Counted from the first letter of the stretch, positions 46,181-54,098 are shown. The stretch: 64,000 nucleotides of DNA from Clostridia bacterium (GCA_017444825.1 JAFSVU010000004.1:59025-123024); one strand, 5' to 3'. Notes: generated from the sequence alone by a model not told the origin. A program made the numbers and translations.

Positions 46181-46840
46181 TTACGATTCAAGAGATATCC
46201 ACATGGCAGGTCGCACAGCAAATTCCCAATCACAGTACATTCCGCTTGGGCGAACTCCACCATCATCAGCAACAGTTGCGGCAGGAAAACAACGACCGTT
46301 CGGAACGACTCCGGAAGACCGTAACCACCACAGACAATGAGGGTTTTCGTAGGGCTTATATTCGTCGCCCTCATCTGTCTCAACACCTTTCATTTTAGCA
46401 TAAGCCGTAGGCAGACACAATCTGGCTTCATTGCTTTCAAAAAGAGTTTTGGCCTCTTTGACGCTGAGAAGAAACACTTTATCGATCGTGTCGCTGCCTG
46501 GCTCTATCGTTGTACCAAAATACGAGTCATAAATCGGTTTTTCCTCTACTTTTAAGGCAGTACTGAGAATTCTCTTCTGCTCAGCATCATTAAAGGCAAC
46601 CCGAAAAAAGTCGTTGTTAAGCCACTCGCGGAGTGAACATCTCTCCCAAGGTGCATTTTCGATTGCTTCATCATTGTACTGTTTGCAATCAAGAGCATAT
46701 TCGCTTAAGACAAGGGCCTTGCTATTCTCAACCCTTAGAACACGCCAAACAAGTTCCCGTATATCGCCTTCAGCCGTCGTTGGATATCGGCCGAAAGTGA
46801 TTGTGCGTTTTCCGTTTTCGTCAGTTTTAAAGTAGTCCAT
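46181..46840 (-). CDS. Hypothetical protein with C-terminal Cys/Trp-rich 'WWLRS' domain (DUF6273-like)
   Basis: The 219-aa protein carries ...CLWWLRSSGVVPNGRCFPAATVADDGGVRPSGMYCDWEFAVRPAMWI. RBS GAGGG. The promoter module R2 lies directly upstream. Confidence 0.7.
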   Translation of the reverse strand: MDYFKTDENGKRTITFGRYPTTAEGDIRELVWRVLRVENSKALVLSEYALDCKQYNDEAIENAPWERCSLREWLNNDFFRVAFNDAEQKRILSTALKVEEKPIYDSYFGTTIEPGSDTIDKVFLLSVKEAKTLFESNEARLCLPTAYAKMKGVETDEGDEYKPYENPHCLWWLRSSGVVPNGRCFPAATVADDGGVRPSGMYCDWEFAVRPAMWISLES

Positions 46841-46874
46841 TGCGGTTATCCCTCGTCTTTTTTTATCTATTTAC

Positions 46875-46966
46875 AGTTTATGAAAGCACAGAATTGGTGT
46901 CAATATCAAAAATGAAGTTTTCTGCGTTGGTGTCAATCATGACCGACAATAAAACGCAAAAACTTC
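46875..46966 (-). promoter_or_regulatory. Promoter plus conserved upstream module R2 (in front of 46181-46840 and the nuclease pair)
   Basis: On the minus strand, TTGACA (46898-46903) is followed by 17 nt and TAAACT (46875-46880). GTGTCAAT boxes lie at 46897 and 46930. It is the homologue of R1, exactly 3159 nt away. Confidence 0.55.
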
Positions 46967-47026
46967 GTTAAATTTCACCGATCTAATTACAACTATCTTT
47001 TATCAGATATCGCAGACCCGCATTGA

Positions 47027-47683
47027 TCATTTATACACATCTTCCGGAATGCCCGCTCTGATGTATCTCTCAAAGGGACTGTCAGTTTCCCAGTTCCAAC
47101 CTTCTGGCATGCTATCTTTTGAGATCCGGTTTACAAGGCTGTCTTCTTCCGTTGTCAAAAACACCTGTGGTATATTGGCGCTCATGTACTCAATGTACCT
47201 TAAGGCATTATCAGCATTTTTCTTTTCGATATATTCAAGCAGCTTTAATTTCGAATAATTGACGGGGACAGGGTGCTCATAAACACCGCTTTTTATCTTC
47301 CTTTTTCTCTCTTTTTGCTTTTGTGAAAGTCTATGAATTCTTCTGAATGTTTGTCCTTGCTGCTTTGTGAGCCAGGATAGAAGTTCCTCGCTGAAAGCCT
47401 CATCGCCGTACCGGATCAAAAGGAGAACGTACTCCTTGGCGATTTCGACAACAGACAGACTCATGTTACCCGGCCGAACCTTTGGCTCACCGTAGAACGG
47501 CATATCAATCTTTTTTGATAGATCACAGCGCAATCTGTAAACTAACTCTTCAGAAGCGCCTACGTCTCTCAGAAAAGTGTTCACCCTTTCCTTAAAGCTT
47601 TGAACTTCAGGGCTGTTTCTTCTTGCTTCAAGTTTTTTCGTATAAACGGTATTTGGCACACTGTCACCATCCAGGTCGGTCAT
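47027..47683 (-). CDS. Hypothetical 218-aa protein translationally coupled to the WYL regulator
   Basis: The ATG at 47683 overlaps the WYL gene stop (ATGA at 47680-47683). The centre is basic (KQKERKRKIK). The C-terminal segment YEHPVPVN...LTTEEDSLVN is of unknown meaning. Confidence 0.65.
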   Translation of the reverse strand: MTDLDGDSVPNTVYTKKLEARRNSPEVQSFKERVNTFLRDVGASEELVYRLRCDLSKKIDMPFYGEPKVRPGNMSLSVVEIAKEYVLLLIRYGDEAFSEELLSWLTKQQGQTFRRIHRLSQKQKERKRKIKSGVYEHPVPVNYSKLKLLEYIEKKNADNALRYIEYMSANIPQVFLTTEEDSLVNRISKDSMPEGWNWETDSPFERYIRAGIPEDVYK

Positions 47684-48660
47684 TCCACAGCTTCCCACGC
47701 CTGCCGCACAAACTCCCTGTACTCCTCCACGACCTCGTCCGGCCCGGTCACCTTCACCTTGCCGCCAAAACCCACGATCCAGCAGAAGAGCACGTTGTTC
47801 ACAGCCACCTCGACCGTAGCCTCAAACGTGCCGTCGCCCCGCAGGAACGTGTCCACCTTCTCGCCAAACCGGTCCACAATTGCATCCATCACCGAATTGT
47901 CGCAGATAAGCCTCACCCGCTTGCGCTCGGAATTAAACATGTGCGGCATTGTGTTGATGTGTCGCTCCAGGTCAAACCCCTTCTCCAGCGGGATCGCGTC
48001 ATCCTGCAAAATCTCCGGCGGCGCCACCATCCTGTCAACGCGAAAACTCGTCAAGCCCTCATACTTCTCATACCGGCCGATAACGTAGTAAAAATCGCCG
48101 TTCCACACCAGTCTGTAGGGACTGAAGCAATACCTGTACCCGTCGTGGCGCAGCTTCCTCTGCTTCTTCTCGTTGTACTCAAAATACTGGAACGAGATCT
48201 GCTTCTTTTGGTTTATCGCATCGTTGACCGCCTCAATGATCCCCAGCACTTTCTTGTTGGTCCCCTTGATCCGCCTCTCGACCGAAACGTTTCGAACCAG
48301 CTTTTCTGACCCGTGCTTTCCCGCAAGCGCAGTGATCTTCGCGATCAGCTTCTTGCTCTGAGTCGCCGGTATAAATTTGCACGACGCCAATGAATCGATC
48401 ATCAGCCTCATCTCCGCATCGTCAAAGTACCTTTTCCCGAAAAAGTAGCGGTTTTGCGTCGACTTGGTCATCTGAATGTCGAAGCCAAGCTCCTTCAGCA
48501 TCTCGATATCAGCGCCAATGGTCGTCCTGTGCGTAGTCATACCATACTCGTCCTCGAGTATGCGCATCAGCTGCGCCGTCGTCAGAAAATGCTCCGCATC
48601 GGTTCGCTCGAAAAGTATTCTGGCAAGCAGCCAGGGTCGAAGTTTTGCGTCAATGTCCAT
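47680..48660 (-). CDS. HTH-WYL-WCX transcriptional regulator (BrxR/CapW/PafBC-like)
   Basis: The N-terminal wHTH reads FLTTAQLMRILEDEYGMTTHRTTIGADIEMLKELGF. The WYL core is YRLVWNGDFYYVIGRYEKYEGLTSFRVDRM. A C-terminal extension follows. RBS AGGAGAGG is strong. Confidence 0.88.
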   Translation of the reverse strand: MDIDAKLRPWLLARILFERTDAEHFLTTAQLMRILEDEYGMTTHRTTIGADIEMLKELGFDIQMTKSTQNRYFFGKRYFDDAEMRLMIDSLASCKFIPATQSKKLIAKITALAGKHGSEKLVRNVSVERRIKGTNKKVLGIIEAVNDAINQKKQISFQYFEYNEKKQRKLRHDGYRYCFSPYRLVWNGDFYYVIGRYEKYEGLTSFRVDRMVAPPEILQDDAIPLEKGFDLERHINTMPHMFNSERKRVRLICDNSVMDAIVDRFGEKVDTFLRGDGTFEATVEVAVNNVLFCWIVGFGGKVKVTGPDEVVEEYREFVRQAWEAVE

Positions 48661-48746
48661 AATACCTCTCCTTTTAAGGCACTATCTTGGAAACGGCTTT
48701 AACCGATCTGTCGACTTATTCATATCCTTATCATTTTCTATCTATC

Positions 48747-48986
48747 TTAGATTTTGTAAAAAGTAACTCGCTTATTAATCAGATCGGGATCCATCCTATA
48801 CCCGCAGCCTAAAACTCTCGTTGGAAATCCGGCTTTTCTGCCAGAGGGACTCCAATATACTTTGTACTTATATGCCGAATTGCACAATCTGGACCCGATA
48901 ATGTCTTCAATTTCCGCAAAAGAAAGCGTAAAACTGTTTTGGGTCTGATGTCTTAAGTAATAGATGAAGTTATCAAATTTGTTCAT
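48747..48986 (-). CDS. Hypothetical 79-aa protein
   Basis: A strong RBS AGGAGG lies 6 nt before the ATG. No motif was recognised. Confidence 0.6.
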   Translation of the reverse strand: MNKFDNFIYYLRHQTQNSFTLSFAEIEDIIGSRLCNSAYKYKVYWSPSGRKAGFPTRVLGCGYRMDPDLINKRVTFYKI

Positions 48987-49020
48987 TTTGTTCCTCCTCT
49001 TTAATGTTTAGCCTTTTGTT

Positions 49021-49572
49021 TTATTCCGGCAGCATCGCTATCAAAGCGTCCCCGTTTTCCTTGAGCCAGGCATATTTTTCCCTATAATCAGGAAACACAC
49101 GAAGGACCTCATTGTAAAACCTTTTTGAGTGGTTCATCTCTTTCCGGTGGCAAAGTTCGTGGACCACCACGCTGTCAAGCACCTCCGGCGGCGCCAGCAT
49201 AAGCAAGCAGTTGAAATTCAGGTTGCCCTTGCTGCTGCAGCTTCCCCACCTTGATTTCTGCCGGCGTATCGTGATCCTTCCGTAAGTCACACCCACAAGC
49301 GGTGCATAGTGCGCCACGCGCTCCTGAATAACCTCTTTCGCACGACTCGCCAATGCATTTATCTCTTCCTGCGTCAGCTTCCGAACGGATGCCTTTGCCT
49401 GCTCTTTTGCCTGAGCCTTCGCCAGGTGGGTTTCGATCCACTTTTTGTTTTTCAGCATGAAGCGATCGATTTCCTTGTTTGTCGCAAAAAACGGCGCACG
49501 GATGATCAGCTTCCCGCCTCTTATCTCTGCTCCCAGCGTTTTTCGGTTGCTTCGGATCACTTCAAATTCCAT
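49021..49572 (-). CDS. YgjP-like (DUF45/M48-related) zinc metallopeptidase
   Basis: The motif HELCHRKEMNHSKRFY (HExxH...H) is present. Start set at ATG 49572, after GAGG. This family is commonly linked to Type I R-M loci. Confidence 0.85.
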   Translation of the reverse strand: MEFEVIRSNRKTLGAEIRGGKLIIRAPFFATNKEIDRFMLKNKKWIETHLAKAQAKEQAKASVRKLTQEEINALASRAKEVIQERVAHYAPLVGVTYGRITIRRQKSRWGSCSSKGNLNFNCLLMLAPPEVLDSVVVHELCHRKEMNHSKRFYNEVLRVFPDYREKYAWLKENGDALIAMLPE

Positions 49573-49756
49573 CTGTTGCCTCATTATCTCCGTTGCCGTT
49601 ATTATCAGGCGGCTGGGGACTACTTTTCTGATGCAATTCATTTTGTTTCAGTTTCATGATACTAAGGAGCTGTTTCATTAGCTCTTCATCCTCTGGCGTA
49701 ATATCAAAATCGTCATCTGGTTCCTCTATTAATGCTTCAATCTTCCTCATCTTCAT
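49562..49756 (-). CDS. Possible small acidic protein (64 aa)
   Basis: The ORF has no convincing RBS. It overlaps both neighbours. Its composition is strongly acidic. Confidence 0.3.
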   Translation of the reverse strand: MKMRKIEALIEEPDDDFDITPEDEELMKQLLSIMKLKQNELHQKSSPQPPDNNGNGDNEATDGI

Positions 49757-49955
49757 TATTTACATATATTTCGCCGTTTGGACCATAAAACTCTTCATGG
49801 TCTTTCCCGTCATAGTGGTTATAAAAATGATGATTGTCTTTTATCTTCTTCTTGCATTTTGTGCAAACATCCCAATATCCCCAGTCATCCTCAAATCCAG
49901 TAGTTACTGACGATACTGTTTTACATGTACAGAAATCGTTCTCGTTTTCTTTCAT
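49737..49955 (-). CDS. Small Cys-rich (CxC...CxxC) putative zinc-ribbon protein with acidic tail (72 aa)
   Basis: RBS GGAGG lies 9 nt before the ATG. The protein has FCTCKT...VCTKCKKK and a C-terminal NNEDEED. Confidence 0.55.
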   Translation of the reverse strand: MKENENDFCTCKTVSSVTTGFEDDWGYWDVCTKCKKKIKDNHHFYNHYDGKDHEEFYGPNGEIYVNNEDEED

Positions 49956-49968
49956 AGTAAAAGTCCTC

Positions 49969-50373
49969 CTATTTGACTTTATTTATCTTGTCTTTTCCAA
50001 GCAAATTTGTGTGGCTTTGTAAAAACAACGCGATTATAATAGAAACAACAGAGATTATTATAACGCACCATTCCGGGGCTCCAATACCTGAAATAATCAC
50101 ACCTACTAGGAATGCAATTACACTCATGACCCATTTTCCAAATTTCGAGTCATTGAATATAATAAAAGCTGCAATACCCCATAACAAGTCACATAAAAGC
50201 GACAATGGCGTAATGATAAACCCGGAGAGAATCTCTCCAAATACCAGTTTTCCCAGATTTGTTTCTGCAAGCCAAGCTAGCGCCTTAACAAACTTCAAGC
50301 AGCCTTCCGTACCAAATTGGAAAACTCTTGCAATAATTTGGAATATTGTTTCTAGAATGTTTGCTTTAAACAC
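49969..50373 (-). CDS. Hypothetical small membrane protein (3-4 TM)
   Basis: The ORF is hydrophobic and 134 aa long. It has a GTG start after a purine-rich GGGAAGAGAG and overlaps the upstream ORF by 8 nt. Confidence 0.5.
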   Translation of the reverse strand: MFKANILETIFQIIARVFQFGTEGCLKFVKALAWLAETNLGKLVFGEILSGFIITPLSLLCDLLWGIAAFIIFNDSKFGKWVMSVIAFLVGVIISGIGAPEWCVIIISVVSIIIALFLQSHTNLLGKDKINKVK

Positions 50374-50674
50374 CTCTCTTCCCTTGTTCTTTTTCGTCCT
50401 CTATACGGACCTCTTTGTTACGTTTCGAATCATATTCGATCCTTGCATTAAGATATTTTACAACCGCATCTGGATATGAGTTTGCATATTTTGTGTGGGT
50501 TTTTCTATGCGCATCTCTCAAACACAAACTGACCACACTGCGACTATTTCGGTCTTTCATGGCTTCAACCCACTCTGGTTTATTCTCGCAGGCATAAGTC
50601 ATCATTTCATAGTACGAAAACATCTGTTTTTCATTACAATATTCTAATATTTCTTTTATAATTTTAGTGTCCAT
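50366..50674 (-). CDS. Hypothetical 102-aa protein
   Basis: An ORF in AT-rich DNA with a weak RBS and no motif. Confidence 0.45.
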   Translation of the reverse strand: MDTKIIKEILEYCNEKQMFSYYEMMTYACENKPEWVEAMKDRNSRSVVSLCLRDAHRKTHTKYANSYPDAVVKYLNARIEYDSKRNKEVRIEDEKEQGKRGV

Positions 50675-50713
50675 CTATTCTACGGAATAAGTTCTGTCAA
50701 AGCAGCCCCCATA

Positions 50714-52102
50714 TTACACCTCAACTTCATTGGCAAAAGTACCATGCCGGATATACTTTGTCCCCTTATTTTTGCCAATTCTGTCAAGAATCATTTGCTG
50801 TACAAGTGATCCCAAAATCTCCTTTGTCCGAGTCGCTTTCAACCCGAGAATCGTCTGGGCTTCAGCGTTGGTGATCGAGCCGTTTTTGGCAATATAAGCC
50901 AGTATTTTTTCAATTATATCGGCACTTATCGGCGTTATATCGGCACTTATCGGCGTTTTACCGCTGCCGATATCCGTATTACCTGCTTCGGTGCTGCGGT
51001 AAAAGATGACTACGAAGCCGGATTTCAACTGATTAAAATCGTATTTTACGCTTGCGGAAGTACATGCGTCGTGAATACGCTTCAGTCCGGAGCCGAAACT
51101 CTCGACATCCTTGGAATAATATAGAGTTCTTGCGATTACAGGATTCCTTCGAATAGGTCTTTCAGAATGTTCAATAAAATCTTTCGGAGTGTATCCCTTA
51201 GGAAACTGTCCGGGATTGTAGATTTCAATTCTATCCTTGAAAATCGCGACTTCGTTGCTTTGACCGCTGCCGTGATCTTTATGGCAGAACGAGTTGAGGA
51301 GTGCCTCTCTTACAGCGTCCGCCGGTATTTCCGGAATTTCTTTTCTCTGGATGCTTCCATCGAATTCCACACGCCAGTGAATGTTATTCATGATATATTT
51401 TTCGGCAGCGTCAACAAGCCGGATGATCGGGCCATGCACTCTCTGAATATCAATAAAGGTGACTCGTTCATTTGTGGCAAAAATAGCCATCTGAACATCT
51501 TGGACGATATCGTCCGCAAAAAGCACTTTTCCGGCGTTGGTAAGGTGATCGACATCTGACAATCCGAGCTTTTTAAGCACCGTAGCTTTATCAGTGTAAT
51601 CAAAGCTGATCCTGCCTGCGGCCTTGGCTTTTTCAACGTATTGCCGCAGCAGTTTTTCATCTGCGTCGTCAACAAGCTTGTTTGAGGTATAATTCTCCCA
51701 CTGATTTCCTTCAGAAGCATTGTCGCGTATATAGTTCGCCAGTTCCTGCGGAGTCATCGTTAAATCTTCGTCGGCAACACGTATTTTAGCGACCCCTCTG
51801 GCAAAATACGGAGTATGATCACCTTCGAATTTAACGTGAACGCATTCTTTTCCGTCAATGACTACCCGGTTAATTTCCGGAAATATACGCGGTTCTATCA
51901 TGCTCCCAATTTTCTGACTGATATCGCGCAGCGTCTGTTCAGTGACGATCTGACCCACGACATCACCATTCGGCTTTATACCAAAGTAGATTTCGCCAGC
52001 CTGATGCTTATTCAACATTGCGCTGATCGAGTTAATCGCCGCATCAAGTTCCGCAGTTGATTGCTTGAACTCCAGCGTCTCTGTTTCAATTCCAAATTTC
52101 AT
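50714..52102 (-). CDS. AlbA_2 (Schlafen-like 'divergent AAA') + HATPase_c_4-like + C-terminal wHTH protein
   Basis: The N-terminus ETETLEFKQS...GEIYFGIKPNGDVVG is typical of AlbA_2. The C-terminal part is HTH-like (ITNAEAQTILGLKATRTKEILGSLV). RBS GAGGGG. Confidence 0.85.
   Translation of the reverse strand: MKFGIETETLEFKQSTAELDAAINSISAMLNKHQAGEIYFGIKPNGDVVGQIVTEQTLRDISQKIGSMIEPRIFPEINRVVIDGKECVHVKFEGDHTPYFARGVAKIRVADEDLTMTPQELANYIRDNASEGNQWENYTSNKLVDDADEKLLRQYVEKAKAAGRISFDYTDKATVLKKLGLSDVDHLTNAGKVLFADDIVQDVQMAIFATNERVTFIDIQRVHGPIIRLVDAAEKYIMNNIHWRVEFDGSIQRKEIPEIPADAVREALLNSFCHKDHGSGQSNEVAIFKDRIEIYNPGQFPKGYTPKDFIEHSERPIRRNPVIARTLYYSKDVESFGSGLKRIHDACTSASVKYDFNQLKSGFVVIFYRSTEAGNTDIGSGKTPISADITPISADIIEKILAYIAKNGSITNAEAQTILGLKATRTKEILGSLVQQMILDRIGKNKGTKYIRHGTFANEVEV
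50915..50956. repeat. Perfect 21-bp tandem duplication inside the AlbA_2 gene
   Basis: The unit tatatcggcacttatcggcgt occurs twice (50915-50935 and 50936-50956). This duplicates the heptapeptide ADITPIS. Confidence 0.9.
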
Positions 52103-52125
52103 AGATTACCCCTCGATCTCCCTAA

Positions 52126-52789
52126 TTATTGCGTCGATCTCTGCCCGGAGGACCGCTTGATACGGCAGAGGTTGTACGTAGTGATGTTGATTTCCTGACC
52201 GTAGAAACCGGTGCGGATGGCGTCTTTGCCAAGTACTTTTTCGGCTTTTAAAAGCAGGGAGCCGGAACCGCAGGCCGGATCGTACACCTTGTTGATCTCT
52301 TTTTTTCCAACCGTTCCGAGGCGCGTAAGCAGTTCAGACACGTCAGCGGGAGTAAAGAACTCGCCGCCGGATTTTCCTGCGTTGGAGGCATACATCGTCA
52401 TCAAATATTCGTATGCGTCACCGAAGGCATCAATATCGTGATGTTTGACGTCGCCCAGGTTCATATTGACGATGCCGTCAAGAAGCTTCACAAGCTTTTC
52501 ATTGCGCTTTGCGACAGTTGCACCAAGTTTTTGTTAGAGTTGACATCATAGTCATCAAAAAGACCCGCAAAGCTGTTTTCAGATTCACTTCCCTTGGCAG
52601 ACTCTTCAATGTGCAGAAACACTCTTTCAAGCGTTTCATTAAGGTTTTCGGATATGTAACGTTAAAACATAGTGCCCAGCACATAGTTCTTAAATCCCAG
52701 CCGTCAACAGCTCCGCGCAATTCGTCAGCAATCGCCCAAATCGCACGATGCAGTTCTTCACGTTCCTGTTCCTTCTTCAAATCAGCCAT
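52126..52789 (-). pseudogene. hsdM: Decayed Type I R-M methyltransferase gene (hsdM remnant)
   Basis: The N-terminus reads MADLKKEQEREELHRAIWAIADELRGAVDGWD. A -1 frameshift follows at ~52690. An in-frame TAA sits within GTMF*RYISENL. A second frameshift lies near 52495. The remainder reads GDAYEYLM..GGEFFTP..DPACGSGSLL..YGQEIN..NLCRI, and homology ends at ~52158, before the NPPF motif. Confidence 0.85.
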
Positions 52790-52979
52790 ATACTGACCTC
52801 CGGATGTTAAATCATTATCTCGCAAAACTGCGTAATCAGTTTATTATCGCATTCTGGAAATACCTTTTCAAGCCTCTCATCTGCCAAATAACACTTGCTG
52901 TCGCTTACGCCCGACACCAAAAACATTAATTCTTTCTTTCCGGGATTCAATGGACTATTTAAGTCACATTATCCACCGG

Positions 52980-54017
52980 CTACACCTCTCTCACCTTCAT
53001 AGCCTGGATATCTGCGTATGACCGCCGCAGCAGTTCCGCGCCGCGCTGCACACTGACCTCCTCTTCGTTGACTGCACGGTAAACAAGCTGCTCAAACAGC
53101 GAGGTGTGTTCGGCCTTTATACGGCTCGGCTCGGAGGTTCGCCATCCCGCGCGGGAGGCATTGACGTAAAAATACTCCGCCGCCGCAGCTGAAATGATCC
53201 CGCACAGTTTCGCACGGGTAACAAGCATCATCATGGAGATGCCGTACTCCTCGGCCACAAGCTCCATGTCCTTTGACACGAAAGAGCGCCTGACGCCAAG
53301 CTCACGGATCGCATCGCTTTTCGGGAACAGGAAAGCACCTCCAATGGCGGTAGCCCGGGCTTCGATTTCCTTTTCCTTGAGGCCTTCGGGCCAAGCAAAC
53401 ATCAGATGCGCAAGCTCGTGGACTGCGGTCGAGCGGTTTCTTTCTGCATTCATTTCGGGGTTCAGAACAATGTACGGTCTCTCATTCACGAAGCCGTTCA
53501 TGCCGGAGAATTTGGCGTTTTCGACCGGGCACTCATAAATCAATATCCCTTTTTTTTCGAGTTTTCCGATCAGGCCCTCGATCGGGCCGTCGCTTGCAAA
53601 ACCAAGGTGATCCCGAAGAGCCGCGGCATTCTTCTCGTCGTCCTCAGCCACCCGAAGCACATGGCACTCCGGGGCATTCGGCAATACCTCACCGCCAAGG
53701 ATCTCAACAGTCGTCATAAAGCGGCTGAAATAGTCTTCAACGCTCTCCCGTATGTACTCCCGCTCCATCTGTTTAAGCGATGCAGCCTTACGGAATTCAG
53801 CGTGTCTGAAGGTGATGTTTTCGTCGCGAACGGTCAAAAAGTCCGCAACACGCACGCCAAGCACATCCGCAAGGGCAGACAATATCTCCATATTCGGCTG
53901 ACGCGATCCGTCTTCGTAATGCGTGATCGCCATGGGGGTAACGTTGATTGCCTCGGCAAGGGCTGCCTTGGTCATGTTTTTCCTCAAACGGTAAAATCTA
54001 AGGTTTTTGCTAAACAT
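52980..54017 (-). CDS. XRE-family HTH fused to ImmA/IrrE-type zinc metallopeptidase
   Basis: The HTH reads MTKAALAEAINVTPMAITHYEDGSRQP. HELAHLMF (HExxH) lies in the central domain. RBS AGGAG. Confidence 0.88.
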   Translation of the reverse strand: MFSKNLRFYRLRKNMTKAALAEAINVTPMAITHYEDGSRQPNMEILSALADVLGVRVADFLTVRDENITFRHAEFRKAASLKQMEREYIRESVEDYFSRFMTTVEILGGEVLPNAPECHVLRVAEDDEKNAAALRDHLGFASDGPIEGLIGKLEKKGILIYECPVENAKFSGMNGFVNERPYIVLNPEMNAERNRSTAVHELAHLMFAWPEGLKEKEIEARATAIGGAFLFPKSDAIRELGVRRSFVSKDMELVAEEYGISMMMLVTRAKLCGIISAAAAEYFYVNASRAGWRTSEPSRIKAEHTSLFEQLVYRAVNEEEVSVQRGAELLRRSYADIQAMKVREV

Positions 54018-54049
54018 CAGGGAACACTCCTCTCTGTTTATATTTTAAC

Positions 54050-54086
54050 AAAAAACCGACTGAATGCAAACATCATTCCAGCCGGT
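54050..54086 (-). terminator. Putative rho-independent terminator (minus orientation) between the 23-bp repeat array and the XRE::ImmA gene
   Basis: The arms ccgactgaatg (54056-54066) and cattccagccgg (54074-54085) give 10 bp with one bulge and one mismatch, around a 7-nt loop. On the minus strand the stem is followed by TTTTTT (54050-54055). Confidence 0.5.
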
Positions 54087-54098
54087 TTTCAGTGCCCG

